A stretch of 45,650 nucleotides of DNA, taken from Rhodocyclaceae bacterium. GTDB lineage: Bacteria > Pseudomonadota > Gammaproteobacteria > Burkholderiales > Rhodocyclaceae. Below are positions 1 through 9,791 of this stretch, in pieces. Position numbers and translations under genes: made by a program. Below the pieces are notes generated by a model. It did no database searches. It was not told where the DNA came from and saw nothing but the letters and a program-made list of their open reading frames with translations. Within the stretch, counting starts at the first letter, position 1, and each line of letters starts with the position of its first letter. The stretch lies in assembly GCA_030682595.1 (NCBI GenBank), contig JAUXNZ010000036.1:1-45650 (forward strand), in the 5' to 3' direction.

Positions 1-902
1 GTGGCGGCGCCGCGCACGGCGGCGCCTGGAAGATTGCCTATGCCGACTTCGTGACGGCGATGATGGCGTTCTTTCTGCTGATGTGGCTGCTTGGTTCGAC
101 CTCCAAGGGCGACCTGAAGGGCATCGCCGATCACTTCCAGACGCCGCTGCTGGTCGCCATGTTCGGCGGCTCGGGCGCCGGCGATGCCTCTTCGATCATC
201 CAGGGCGGCGGGCAGGATCTCTCGCAGGCCCATGGCCAGGTCAAGCGCGGCGACACGAAGAGCGAGCGCAAGATCAGCGAAAAGCGCATGAAGGAAGAAT
301 TCGAGCGCATGGAGAAGGAGCGCCTGCAAAGGCTGAAAGTTGACATCGAAGCGCTGATCGAGGCCAGCCCGACGCTCAAGCAGTTCAAGAACCAACTGTT
401 GATCGACATCACCAGCGAGGGTCTGCGCATCCAGATTGTCGATGAGAGAAACCGGCCGATGTTCGACCTGGCCAGTTCAGAGCTCAAGCCCTATACCAAA
501 CAAATTTTGCGCGAGATCGGCCCGCTGCTCAACAAGGTGGACAACCGCATTTCCCTGTCGGGACACACCGACGCGACGCCCTATGCCGGAGGCGACCGCG
601 GTTTCGGCAACTGGGAACTCTCCACCAACCGCGCCAACGCCTCGCGCCGCGAGATGATCGCGGGTGGCCTGGACGACGCGAAAATCATCCGCGTGCTCGG
701 CTTCGCCTCGACGGTGCTTTACGACAGGGCGCAGCCGCAAAGCGCCATCAACCGCCGCATCAGCATCGTCGTCCTCAATAAGCGCACCGAAGAAGCCATT
801 CTCGGCGACGGTAAGGAAGCCCCGGCGACTGAAGTGACCGATGCCGGGGAACTGACCGAGCGGGGCATCGTGCCGCCGCCGGTAGGCGCCCCCGCCCGCT
901 GA
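1..902 (+). CDS. motB: Flagellar motor stator protein MotB (5' end outside window)
   Basis: Frame open from position 3: HGGAWKIAYADFVTAMMAFFLLMWL (MotB TM with conserved Asp); C-terminal OmpA-like domain (GHTD, NWELSTNRA, NRRI). Confidence 0.95.
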   Translation, partial: GGAAHGGAWKIAYADFVTAMMAFFLLMWLLGSTSKGDLKGIADHFQTPLLVAMFGGSGAGDASSIIQGGGQDLSQAHGQVKRGDTKSERKISEKRMKEEFERMEKERLQRLKVDIEALIEASPTLKQFKNQLLIDITSEGLRIQIVDERNRPMFDLASSELKPYTKQILREIGPLLNKVDNRISLSGHTDATPYAGGDRGFGNWELSTNRANASRREMIAGGLDDAKIIRVLGFASTVLYDRAQPQSAINRRISIVVLNKRTEEAILGDGKEAPATEVTDAGELTERGIVPPPVGAPAR

Positions 903-1861
903 TGCCGCTGCCTACTGGAATAAAAGTCGGCGCTGGCGGGACGGCGTCAGCCGACCTGCCGCGTAAAACGGGGACGGCGTCAGCCGAGCCGCTGCGTAAA
1001 ACGGCGACGGCTCCGGTGTTGGCGCCCGCAGCGGCGGCTGGTCGCGAGTTCCAGTTCACCGCGGCGGACTTCGAGCGGGTGCGGCAGTTGATCCACAAGC
1101 ATGCCGGCATATCACTGGCGCCGATCAAGCAGGACATGGTCTATTCGCGCCTGGCGCGGCGCTTGCGGGCGCTTGGCATGAAAAGCTTCGACCAGTATCT
1201 GGCCCACCTCGAACGGGGGCATGGTGCGGAATGGGAAACATTCGTCAACTCCCTGACCACCAATCTCACTTCCTTCTTCCGCGAAAATCATCACTTCGAG
1301 ATGCTGCAAAAGCATCTGTTGCGGCTGGCGCAGCGGCCGATCCGCATCTGGTGTTCCGCCGCCTCCACCGGCGAAGAGCCTTATTCGCTGGCGATCACCG
1401 CCTGCGAGGCCTTCAATACCCTGACGCCGCCGGTGCAGATTCACGCCAGCGACATCGATACGAATGTGCTCAAGACCGCCGCGCACGGCGAGTATCCGCT
1501 CGAGCGGATCGAGCGGCTGGATGCCGAGCGGCAGCGTAAATATTTCATCAAGGGCGCGGGCGTGCCGACCGGCCAGGTGCGCGTGCGCCCCGAACTGCAA
1601 AAGCTGATCACCTACAGCCGCATCAACCTGCTCGATGCCCAATGGCCGTCGGCCAAGGGACCGTTCGATGCCTTGTTCTGCCGCAACGTGATGATCTATT
1701 TCGACAAGCCGACGCAGTACCAGATACTCAAGAAATTCGTCCCGCTGCTGCACCCGGACGGCCTGCTCTATGCGGGGCATTCCGAAAGTTTTCTGCATGC
1801 GACCGATCTGTTTCGTTCCCTGGGCCGCACCGTCTACGAGCGCACCGACCGCCGCAAATAA
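902..1861 (+). CDS. cheR: Chemotaxis methyltransferase CheR with low-complexity N-terminal extension
   Basis: [44 protein letters not shown] motifs; TGATG overlap with motB stop. Confidence 0.95.
   Translation: MPLPTGIKVGAGGTASADLPRKTGTASAEPLRKTATAPVLAPAAAAGREFQFTAADFERVRQLIHKHAGISLAPIKQDMVYSRLARRLRALGMKSFDQYLAHLERGHGAEWETFVNSLTTNLTSFFRENHHFEMLQKHLLRLAQRPIRIWCSAASTGEEPYSLAITACEAFNTLTPPVQIHASDIDTNVLKTAAHGEYPLERIERLDAERQRKYFIKGAGVPTGQVRVRPELQKLITYSRINLLDAQWPSAKGPFDALFCRNVMIYFDKPTQYQILKKFVPLLHPDGLLYAGHSESFLHATDLFRSLGRTVYERTDRRK
922..946 (+). repeat. 25-bp dispersed motif, perfect copy (in cheR, encodes KVGAGGTA)
   Basis: aaaagtcggcgctggcgggacggcg. Confidence 0.95.
938..1011 (+). repeat. 33-bp tandem duplication (2 units plus partial third) in cheR 5' end
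   Basis: gggacggcgtcagccgacctgccgcgtaaaacg / gggacggcgtcagccgagccgctgcgtaaaacg / gcgacggc; protein [22 protein letters not shown]. Confidence 0.9.
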
Positions 1862-2439
1862 TGGCGTTGACTGACTGGCTCATCGCCATTGGCGCCTCCA
1901 CGGGCGGCACCGAGGCGATCAAGGAGGTGCTCGTGCGATTGCCCGCCGCGGTGCCGGGCATCGTCATCGTTCAGCACATGCCCGAAACCTTCACGTCCGC
2001 GTTTGCCCGGCGGCTCGACGGCCTGGGCGCGGTGCGCGTTGTCGAGGCGCAGGGCGGGGAACGCATTCAGCCTGGCCACGCCTATCTCGCGCCCGGCCAT
2101 TCGCACCTGACGGTGAAACGCAGTGGCGCTGGCTGGGTGACTGCACTGGAAAAAACGGCGCCCGTCAATCGCCATCGCCCGGCCGTCGATGTGCTGTTTC
2201 ATTCCGTCGCCAAAGAGGCCGGCCGGCAAGCCATCGGCGTCATCCTCACCGGCATGGGCAAGGATGGCGCGGCCGGCCTCCTGGCGATGCATCGGGCCGG
2301 GGCGTGGACGCTCGGCCAGGATCAGGACAGTTGCGTGGTCTATGGCATGCCGCGTGAAGCGGCGTTGCTCGGCGCGGTCGACGAGGTGGTCAGCCTCGAC
2401 AGCGTCGCGGCGCGTCTGCTGGCGCGTCTGCGTGTCTGA
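1861..2439 (+). CDS. cheB: CheB-type methylesterase, catalytic domain only (192 aa)
   Basis: TAATG overlap with cheR; [34 protein letters not shown] motifs; no receiver domain upstream. Confidence 0.9.
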   Translation: MALTDWLIAIGASTGGTEAIKEVLVRLPAAVPGIVIVQHMPETFTSAFARRLDGLGAVRVVEAQGGERIQPGHAYLAPGHSHLTVKRSGAGWVTALEKTAPVNRHRPAVDVLFHSVAKEAGRQAIGVILTGMGKDGAAGLLAMHRAGAWTLGQDQDSCVVYGMPREAALLGAVDEVVSLDSVAARLLARLRV

Positions 2440-2464
2440 AAAAGTCGGCGCTGACGGAGCGGAG
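2440..2464 (+). repeat. 25-bp dispersed motif, degenerate copy (intergenic, 21/25)
   Basis: aaaagtcggcgctgacggagcggag immediately after cheB stop. Confidence 0.8.
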
Positions 2465-2526
2465 TCGACTAAAATGCCGCCAGAGGGGTCAGCGCCTCTC
2501 ACCTATGAACAAAGGAGTAATCCAGC

Positions 2527-3747
2527 ATGACGTTACGGCAGCGGATGTTTCTGGTACTGGGTGTTCTGGCGATCACTGCGCTGGTCGCCAACGGCTTTAC
2601 CTTCCTCATGTATTTGCGGCTGGCCGACGCGGCCGGACGGCTCGATCCGCAACTCCTGGCGCAGGCCGCCACCACCCGCAACTGGATCATTGCCGTCATT
2701 CTTGTTTCCTCCGTAGTCGGCCTGGCCGCATTCATTCATCTGTTGCGCCTCTTGCTGTCCTTGCTGGGCGGTGATCCGCAGTATGCCGCCGACGTGGTCA
2801 AGCGTATTTCATCAGGCGATCTTTCCGCCCGCATCGAACTCAAGCCCGGTGACAACAAAAGTCTGCTGGCGGCGATTGCCGGCATGCAAAACAGCCTGCG
2901 CGACATGGCCGGCGGGCTGACCGCTGCTTCACTCAAGCTGCGCGGCACTGCCGCCGCATTCGGCCGCGTTACCGGAGGCATGCAGGAGAGCGCGGTCGCG
3001 CAGACCGCGGCGGCGCAGGAGACTGGCGGCGCGGTGACGCGCTTGTCCGAGGGGGTCGACGGCATCGCCGCCCAGGCGGCGGAGGTCGACCAGTTGGCGA
3101 CCACCAGTCTGGCGCATGTCCAGGAGGGCAACGAAAGCTTGTCGCGCATGATTGGCGAGTTGGACGCGGCGGAAAGTTCGGTCCGCGAGATGAGCGGCAT
3201 GGCGCGCGAATTCGTCGCCAGCGCCTCGGCCATCACCAGCATGACGCGCGAAGTGCGCGATATCGCCGACCAAACCAATCTGCTGGCGCTGAATGCCGCC
3301 ATCGAGGCGGCGCGCGCCGGCGAGCAGGGCCGCGGCTTTGCTGTGGTGGCTGACGAGGTGCGGAAATTGGCCGAAAAATCCGCCAAGACGGCCAGCGAGA
3401 TCGACACGGTGACCCGCGGCCTTGAGCAACAGGCGGCAAAGGTCGAGTCGTCGCTGGAGTGCGGCCTGGCGTCCCTGGGCACCTCGCAGGAGCACCTGGA
3501 AACCGTCGCGGTGACGCTGGGCGAAATCAACCAGTCGGTCGGCCAGACTAGCGAGGGCATGGGGCGCATCAACGCCGCCGTCGGTCTGCAAGCCCAGGCC
3601 AGCAGCGAAATTTCCGCCAATCTCGAACGTATCATCGCGAAGGCGGCGGGTTCAGACGTCACTGTCGGCGAGGTGGTCGCCAGTGCGCAACAACTTGAAA
3701 CGCTGGCCGGCGAGCTCGAAATCGCCGTGCAACGCTTCAGGCTGTAA
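2527..3747 (+). CDS. Methyl-accepting chemotaxis protein with very short periplasmic loop
   Basis: Two TM helices, HAMP-like segment, [38 protein letters not shown] signature; AAGGAG RBS. Confidence 0.95.
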   Translation: MTLRQRMFLVLGVLAITALVANGFTFLMYLRLADAAGRLDPQLLAQAATTRNWIIAVILVSSVVGLAAFIHLLRLLLSLLGGDPQYAADVVKRISSGDLSARIELKPGDNKSLLAAIAGMQNSLRDMAGGLTAASLKLRGTAAAFGRVTGGMQESAVAQTAAAQETGGAVTRLSEGVDGIAAQAAEVDQLATTSLAHVQEGNESLSRMIGELDAAESSVREMSGMAREFVASASAITSMTREVRDIADQTNLLALNAAIEAARAGEQGRGFAVVADEVRKLAEKSAKTASEIDTVTRGLEQQAAKVESSLECGLASLGTSQEHLETVAVTLGEINQSVGQTSEGMGRINAAVGLQAQASSEISANLERIIAKAAGSDVTVGEVVASAQQLETLAGELEIAVQRFRL

Positions 3748-3841
3748 AGAATGGCGTAATATTCCCGACGGAATTCATTGGATAGTCATCACGGCAACGG
3801 GCCGTTAATCCCGAAAAATCTTCACCGCCCAGGATAGTCAA

Positions 3842-4828
3842 ATGTCAGAACTACTGAAGAATATCGATGCGCGCACCCGCCTGGCCGGCACCAACAAGCT
3901 GGAGATTCTGCTGTTTTCGCTGGGCGTCGACCAGCGCACCGGCCGGGAAGAAACCTTTGGCATCAATGTGTTCAAGGTGCGCGAGGTCATGCGTACGCCC
4001 CCTGTTACGTCGGCGCCCGACATGCCGAACGCTGTCAAGGGCATGGTGTCCCTGCGCGGCGTGCTCGTGCCGGTGATCGATCTGGCCGATTTCATCGGCA
4101 TGCAGACCGAGATGCCGCGCGAGATCATGATCGTCACGGAATACAACGGCCACACCCAGGGCTTTCTGGTGCAATCCGTCGATACCATTCTGCGTCTCGA
4201 CTGGTCGAAGATGCGCGTGCCGCCGGAGATGCTGACCGCCAATCTGGGCGGTCTGGTGACCGCCGTTACCGAACTGCAGGATGGCCGGCTGGTGATGATG
4301 CTCGATGTCGAGCGCATCCTCTCCGAGACCGCCAAATACGATGATGACATGGTGTTCAATGCCATTCAGCCCATTGGCAAGGAAGGGCTGACGGTGGTGT
4401 ATGCCGACGATTCCTCGGTGGCGCGCGGCCAGATCGAGCGCACCCTCAACGCCATGGGTATTCGTGGCATGGCGTCGGTCAATGGTCGGCAGGCCTGGGA
4501 TGAGCTGCTGAAAATCGCCAACTACACGGACGCCACCGGCCGCAAGGTCAAGGAGATGGTGCAACTGGTGCTCACCGACGTCGAAATGCCCGAGATGGAC
4601 GGCTACCTGCTGACCAAGAACATCAAGGCCGACCCGCGTTTTGCCGGCGTGCCGGTGATCATGCATTCATCCTTGTCGTCGATGGCCAACCAGCAACTCG
4701 GCCGCTCGCTGGGTGTCGATGATTATGTGCCGAAATTCGAGGCGCAGCGGCTGGCTGAAACGCTGGGGCGTTTCCTGCTCAAGGATGAACCGGCGGCGCT
4801 GGCGGCCAAAGCTGCCGTTGCGGCCTGA
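3842..4828 (+). CDS. cheV: CheV (CheW-REC fusion), copy 1
   Basis: [27 protein letters not shown], then receiver domain (ADDS, TDVEMPEMDG, HSS, KF). Confidence 0.92.
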   Translation: MSELLKNIDARTRLAGTNKLEILLFSLGVDQRTGREETFGINVFKVREVMRTPPVTSAPDMPNAVKGMVSLRGVLVPVIDLADFIGMQTEMPREIMIVTEYNGHTQGFLVQSVDTILRLDWSKMRVPPEMLTANLGGLVTAVTELQDGRLVMMLDVERILSETAKYDDDMVFNAIQPIGKEGLTVVYADDSSVARGQIERTLNAMGIRGMASVNGRQAWDELLKIANYTDATGRKVKEMVQLVLTDVEMPEMDGYLLTKNIKADPRFAGVPVIMHSSLSSMANQQLGRSLGVDDYVPKFEAQRLAETLGRFLLKDEPAALAAKAAVAA

Positions 4829-4836
4829 GGAGAACC

Positions 4837-5811
4837 ATGATGGGTGAATTTAGCGCGTTGACCACCGGGCAGAGCCCGGCTTCCATGATCGACAGCGTCG
4901 ATGCCCGCACCAAGCTGGCGGGGTCGAACCGCATGGAGATTCTGCTGTTCTCGCTGGGCACCAACGAGACCTTCGGCATCAACGTTTTCAAGGTGCGCGA
5001 AGTCAGCAAGACCCCGAGCATCACCAAGTCGCCCCACATGCCGAATGGCGTCGAAGGGCTGATCAGCCTGCGCGGCAACGTGATCCCCGTGGTGTCGCTG
5101 GCGCAGGTCATGCAACTGGCCGACGCGCCGCCCGGCCGCGGCGGCTCGATGATGGTGACCGAGTACAGCAAGCGCACGCTCGGTTTTCTGGTGCACGATG
5201 TCGATCGCATCATCCGTGTCGATTGGGACCGGGTGCGCGCCCCCGAAGCCGTTACAGGTGGAACCCACGCCTACATCACCGCCATCACCGAACTGGATAA
5301 CGGCAAGCTGGTGTCGATCGTCGACGTCGAACAGATCATGGCGAACACCTTTGGCGAAGCGCTGGTCGGCCAGATCGACAAGGTGGGCGGCGACGCGGAT
5401 TACGAGATATTTTTTGTCGACGATTCCGCCGTGGCGCGCAAGAAGATCGCCGAAGTGCTCGACAAGATGGGGGTCCGCCACAAGCATGCGCTGAATGGCA
5501 TGGAGGCCTGGACGCGCCTGTCCGGCATGGCGGCGCACGCGCAGCAAACCGGCAGCAACCTGCGCGACGAGGTGAATGTCATCCTCGTCGACGCCGAAAT
5601 GCCCGAAATGGACGGTTATGTGCTGACCAGGCACATCAAGTCCGACAAACGCTTCGACGGCATCCCGGTGGTCATGCACTCTTCGTTGTCTTCCGAAGCC
5701 AACCGCGCGATGGGCAAGAGCGTCGGCGTCGACGCCTACGTCGCCAAGTTCGATGCCGAGGCGCTGTCCGACGCCCTGCGGCCGCTACTGCTCAGGTCGC
5801 AGCGCGACTGA
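4837..5811 (+). CDS. cheV: CheV (CheW-REC fusion), copy 2
   Basis: Paralog of the preceding gene: [40 protein letters not shown]. Confidence 0.92.
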   Translation: MMGEFSALTTGQSPASMIDSVDARTKLAGSNRMEILLFSLGTNETFGINVFKVREVSKTPSITKSPHMPNGVEGLISLRGNVIPVVSLAQVMQLADAPPGRGGSMMVTEYSKRTLGFLVHDVDRIIRVDWDRVRAPEAVTGGTHAYITAITELDNGKLVSIVDVEQIMANTFGEALVGQIDKVGGDADYEIFFVDDSAVARKKIAEVLDKMGVRHKHALNGMEAWTRLSGMAAHAQQTGSNLRDEVNVILVDAEMPEMDGYVLTRHIKSDKRFDGIPVVMHSSLSSEANRAMGKSVGVDAYVAKFDAEALSDALRPLLLRSQRD

Positions 5812-5846
5812 TCGACCATTTAACAGCCTCATCCGGAGAACCTTGC

Positions 5847-6242
5847 ATGCCAGCAGATCCCAGCAAAATCAGATTCCTTGTCGTGGATGATTTTTCCACG
5901 ATGCGGCGCATTGTGCGCAATTTGCTCAAGGAACTGGGTTTTACCAACGTCGACGAAGCCGAAGATGGCGCGGTGGCCTGGCAGAAGATCCAGGGCACCC
6001 CCTTCGATTTCATCATCACCGACTGGAACATGCCCAACATGGACGGGCTGACGCTGCTGCAGACGATCCGCGGCCATGCCACCTACAAGACGCTGCCCGT
6101 GCTGATGATCACCGCCGAGGCCAAGAAAGAGAACATCATTGCCGCCGCGCAGGCCGGCGCCACCGGCTACATCGTCAAACCGTTTACGGCGGCAACGCTC
6201 AACGAGAAGCTGACGAAGATTTTCGAGAAACTGGGTTGGTAG
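5847..6242 (+). CDS. cheY: Chemotaxis response regulator CheY
   Basis: [47 protein letters not shown]. Confidence 0.97.
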   Translation: MPADPSKIRFLVVDDFSTMRRIVRNLLKELGFTNVDEAEDGAVAWQKIQGTPFDFIITDWNMPNMDGLTLLQTIRGHATYKTLPVLMITAEAKKENIIAAAQAGATGYIVKPFTAATLNEKLTKIFEKLGW

Positions 6243-6248
6243 GTGGAC

Positions 6249-7082
6249 ATGGCTAAACCGATCAAATTCGACGAATCCGGCGATTCGCAGGACCTGCAAG
6301 CGTTGTTCGACACCATCGCCGCCGGACCAGCGGCGGCTGCCGTTGCGGAGCCCGCGGCCGTGGGCGGCTCCGGTGATTCCGACGATCTGCAGAGCCTGTT
6401 CGACAGCGTGGCTGAGCAGGTCTCCGCCGGCCCCGCCGCCGCGCCGGCAGTCGCGCCAGGCGCCGCCGCCGCGGTCACGCAGGAAGCCACCTATAACCGC
6501 CTCGGCCATATGGTGCGCAAGCTGCATGACAGCATGCGCGAGCTCGGTTATGACAAGGGGTTGGAAGAGACGGCGCGCAAGATTCCCGACGCGCGCGAGC
6601 GCCTCGCCTATATCGCCCAGATGACCGAGCAGGCGGCGAGCCGCGTCCTCAATGCCACCGATATTGCCTTGCCGGTGCAAAACGAACTCGAACACCACGC
6701 CCGGCAGATGGGCGCGCGCTGGGACCAGATGTTCGCCAATCAGTTATCGGTCGACGAATTCAAGGCGCTGGCCGCCGATACGCGGACCTTCTTTGCCGTT
6801 GCGCCGAGCAAAATCGACATCACCAACACCCAGCTCAGGGAAATCATGATGGCGCAGGACTTTCAGGATCTCACCGGGCAGGTGATCAAGAAAGTCGTCG
6901 AACTGGTGCAAGGCGTCGAAACGCAGTTGTTGCAGGTGCTGATCGAGGTGATGCCGGAAGAGAAGAAGGCCGATGCCCCGGTTAACCTGATGAATGGCCC
7001 GGTGATCAGCGCCGCCGGGCGTACCGACGTGGTCACCAGCCAGGCGCAGGTTGATGATTTGCTGGAAAGTTTAGGATTCTGA
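6249..7082 (+). CDS. cheZ: CheY-P phosphatase CheZ
   Basis: IPDARERLAYI, EIMMAQDFQDLTGQVIKK, C-terminal SQAQVDDLLESLGF. Confidence 0.95.
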   Translation: MAKPIKFDESGDSQDLQALFDTIAAGPAAAAVAEPAAVGGSGDSDDLQSLFDSVAEQVSAGPAAAPAVAPGAAAAVTQEATYNRLGHMVRKLHDSMRELGYDKGLEETARKIPDARERLAYIAQMTEQAASRVLNATDIALPVQNELEHHARQMGARWDQMFANQLSVDEFKALAADTRTFFAVAPSKIDITNTQLREIMMAQDFQDLTGQVIKKVVELVQGVETQLLQVLIEVMPEEKKADAPVNLMNGPVISAAGRTDVVTSQAQVDDLLESLGF

Positions 7083-7112
7083 TTCGGTGTTGAACGCCGA
7101 AGGGAGATTGTT

Positions 7113-9032
7113 ATGAGTGATTTTGCCGGAATGGAAGACCTGCTGCTGGACTTCCTGACAGAAGCCACCGATTTGCTGTCGGATGTCGACAACAAACTGG
7201 TCGACCTCGAAAAAAATCCGCAGGATGCACGCCTGCTGAATGACATTTTCCGGGGTTTCCACACCATCAAGGGCGGTGCGGGTTTTCTCAATGCCGCCGA
7301 GCTGGTGACGCTCTGCCACCTGACAGAAAACCTTTTCGACAAGCTGCGCACCGGCGAACTGATCCTGACCAAGGAAATCATGGACAGCATCATGGCCGCC
7401 ACCGGCACGGTACGCGACATGTTCGGCCATCTGGACAGCGGCGTGCTGCCGCCGCCTGCCGATGCGCATCTGATCGCCAACCTCAAGGCCGCGCTGGCCG
7501 GCGAGCCGGTTGTGGCAGCAGTGCCCGCCGCAGTTGCCACTTCGGTTGCTGCGCCAGTTGCCGCCGCCGCACTGACGGCCGGCCCCGACTGGACGCAGTT
7601 GCATGGCGCGGTTGCTGGCGCCGCCGCCGTATCCTCGCACGACGGCGTCGCCGTAGCGCCGACTTCTGTGGCGGAAACCGGGATGCACACCCAGGTCGCC
7701 GATCAGACGCCCGAAGTCATCATCCAGCACGCCGTCGGCCGCCGCGCCACCGACAAGCCGGGCGCGGCAGCCGTTTCGGTCCCCGCCGGGCGCCGTGACA
7801 GCGAAAAGGGCCGCGACAACTCGATTCGCGTCGACACCTCGCGCCTCGATCAGGTGCTCAACCTCTCGGGTGAGATCGGCCTCACCAAAAACCGCCTCAA
7901 CGCCCTGCGCAGCGACATCCTCAACGGCCGCTCCGACACCGACACCCTGCATGCACTCGACCAGGCCGTGAGCCAGCTCGATCTGCTGGTATCCGACCTG
8001 CAAAACGCGGTGATGAAAACGCGCATGCAGCCGATCGGCCGGCTGTTCCAGAAATATCCGCGCATCGCCCGCGATCTGGCCCGCAACCTCGGCAAGGATG
8101 TCGAACTGCTGCTGGTCGGCGAAGAAACCGAAATCGACAAAACCATGATCGAGGACCTCTCCGACCCGATCATCCACCTGATCCGCAATGCCGTGGATCA
8201 TGGCGTCGAAGGCCCGCAAGAGCGGCTCGCCGCCGGCAAGCCCGAGAAGTCACAGGTGCGGCTCGAAGCGCGCCAGGAAGGCGACCACATCGTCCTGATC
8301 GTCGCCGACGATGGCAAGGGCATGAACGCCGAGAAGCTGCGCGCCAAGGCGCTCGAAAAAGGCATCATCACCGATGAAGAAGCCAACAGCATGGACGAGC
8401 GCCAGAGCTTCAACCTGGTGTTCTTGCCCGGCTTTTCGACCATGGAAGTCGCTTCCGACGTATCCGGCCGGGGCGTCGGCATGGACGTGGTCAGAACCAA
8501 CATCCAGAAGCTCAATGGCAGCATCGAGATCAAGTCGGTGCCCGGCAAGGGCACCTCGTTTGTCATTTCCCTGCCGCTGACGCTGGCGATCCTGCCGGTG
8601 CTGCTGGTGCAACTGGGCGAGCAACCCTTCGCCGTGCCGTTGTCGATGGTGCGCGAGATTCTGCCCATCCAGATCGAGCAGGTGCAGGAAGTCGGCGGGC
8701 GCGCGACGATGGTGGTGCGTGGCGAAGTCATGCCGATCTACCCGATCTGCAGCCTGCTCGGCTGGACGCCGGTGCAGGTGCCCGAATATGGCGTGCTGAT
8801 GCAGACCGCCGATCACGCCTTCATCCTCGCCATCGACGGCTTCATGGGCCGCGAAGACGCCGTCATCAAGTCGCTCGAAGACTTCCGCCCGAAAGGCGTG
8901 GCCGGCGTCACCACGCTGTCCAACGGCCAGATCGTGCTGATCCTCGACATGAAAGAACTGCTCGCCGACATGGGCGAAAACCGCGGCGTGCCGCGCTCCG
9001 CGCTGGTTCCCGAGCAGCGCACGGCAGCGTAG
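7113..9032 (+). CDS. cheA: Chemotaxis histidine kinase CheA
   Basis: HPt (IFRGFHTIKGG), dimerization (IRVDTSRLD), HATPase (HLIRNAVDHG, DDGKG, SGRGVGMDVV) and CheW-like C-terminus. Confidence 0.97.
   Translation: MSDFAGMEDLLLDFLTEATDLLSDVDNKLVDLEKNPQDARLLNDIFRGFHTIKGGAGFLNAAELVTLCHLTENLFDKLRTGELILTKEIMDSIMAATGTVRDMFGHLDSGVLPPPADAHLIANLKAALAGEPVVAAVPAAVATSVAAPVAAAALTAGPDWTQLHGAVAGAAAVSSHDGVAVAPTSVAETGMHTQVADQTPEVIIQHAVGRRATDKPGAAAVSVPAGRRDSEKGRDNSIRVDTSRLDQVLNLSGEIGLTKNRLNALRSDILNGRSDTDTLHALDQAVSQLDLLVSDLQNAVMKTRMQPIGRLFQKYPRIARDLARNLGKDVELLLVGEETEIDKTMIEDLSDPIIHLIRNAVDHGVEGPQERLAAGKPEKSQVRLEARQEGDHIVLIVADDGKGMNAEKLRAKALEKGIITDEEANSMDERQSFNLVFLPGFSTMEVASDVSGRGVGMDVVRTNIQKLNGSIEIKSVPGKGTSFVISLPLTLAILPVLLVQLGEQPFAVPLSMVREILPIQIEQVQEVGGRATMVVRGEVMPIYPICSLLGWTPVQVPEYGVLMQTADHAFILAIDGFMGREDAVIKSLEDFRPKGVAGVTTLSNGQIVLILDMKELLADMGENRGVPRSALVPEQRTAA
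7643..7667 (-). repeat. 25-bp dispersed motif, weak copy (cheA linker, 19/25)
   Basis: Minus strand agaagtcggcgctacggcgacgccg; encodes VAVAPTS in CheA. Confidence 0.55.
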
Positions 9033-9042
9033 GTAAAGCCTG

Positions 9043-9278
9043 CCCCCTCCCGGCCTCCCCCTCGCGGGGAAGGTGACTGTTGCTCGCTGCGCTCGTCTAT
9101 TACGGGGAGCTTCGTTGTGGTCTGATGTGCAGATTGCGGCTGGCGCCGCGTGCCGTCTCGCCTTGGGGCGGCCCGGCGGCAAGACTGCAGGTTTTCTCCC
9201 CTCGCCCCTTGCGGGAGAGGGGCCGGGGGAGAGGGGGAGTCACCCGAGAAAGCCCTTATCCCGCTTGCGGGAGAAGGG
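9043..9278 (+). repeat. Composite palindromic element (conserved-loop family copy flanked by REP-like GC hairpins)
   Basis: Hairpins at 9043-9073, 9196-9237 and 9253-9278; gctcgctgcgctcg; gcggctggcgccgcgtgccg shared with the 31163 and 36870 copies; loop ttggggcggcccggc at 9163-9177. Confidence 0.85.
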
Positions 9279-9780
9279 TGCGTATCTCGAAGTGCAGGGT
9301 GCCCAGGTCGCCCATGATCCAGGTCGCCTCCGGTGCGCCGAGCCCGGCGACGGTGCCGGGGTTGACGAGCCAGGTGCGGCCGCCCTTGACATTCGGTTCT
9401 TCCTGCAGCTTTGGCACATGGCTATGGCCGCAACAGACCAGGTCGTAATCGCCGGTGCAGGCGAAAGCGCGGCCGATATGCGGATAGTGGGTGACAAAGA
9501 CGCGGCGGCCGCCCAGCTCGATGCTGGCATCGTTGCCGTGGTAGTGCAACAACCCTTCCGAATGACAGGCCAGACGGGCAATGGTCACCGGGTCGCCGAG
9601 GTTGTTGCCATGCACGACGTGAATCGGCAGGCCGAGCTTCAGCGACGCCTTGAGCGTGCTGGTGCCGATCAGGTCGCCGCAGTGGATTACGGATTCCGCA
9701 CCTTCGGCCTTGGCAATCTCGATGGCCGTCGCCAGCAGCGGGCCGCGGTCGTGGCTGTCGGAAACGATGCAGATTTTCAT
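9256..9780 (-). CDS. YfcE/MJ0936-like metallophosphoesterase
   Basis: MKICIVSDSHD, IHCGD, GNN, VTH, GHSH, NPG motifs. Confidence 0.9.
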   Translation of the reverse strand: MKICIVSDSHDRGPLLATAIEIAKAEGAESVIHCGDLIGTSTLKASLKLGLPIHVVHGNNLGDPVTIARLACHSEGLLHYHGNDASIELGGRRVFVTHYPHIGRAFACTGDYDLVCCGHSHVPKLQEEPNVKGGRTWLVNPGTVAGLGAPEATWIMGDLGTLHFEIRTLLPQAG

Positions 9781-9791
9781 GGTTGCCGTGC

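Noticed and set aside
1642-1860. ORF-track N-terminal extension of cheB
   Set aside because: Overlaps cheR in another frame and has no receiver-domain features; ATG 1861 gives a clean TAATG coupling.
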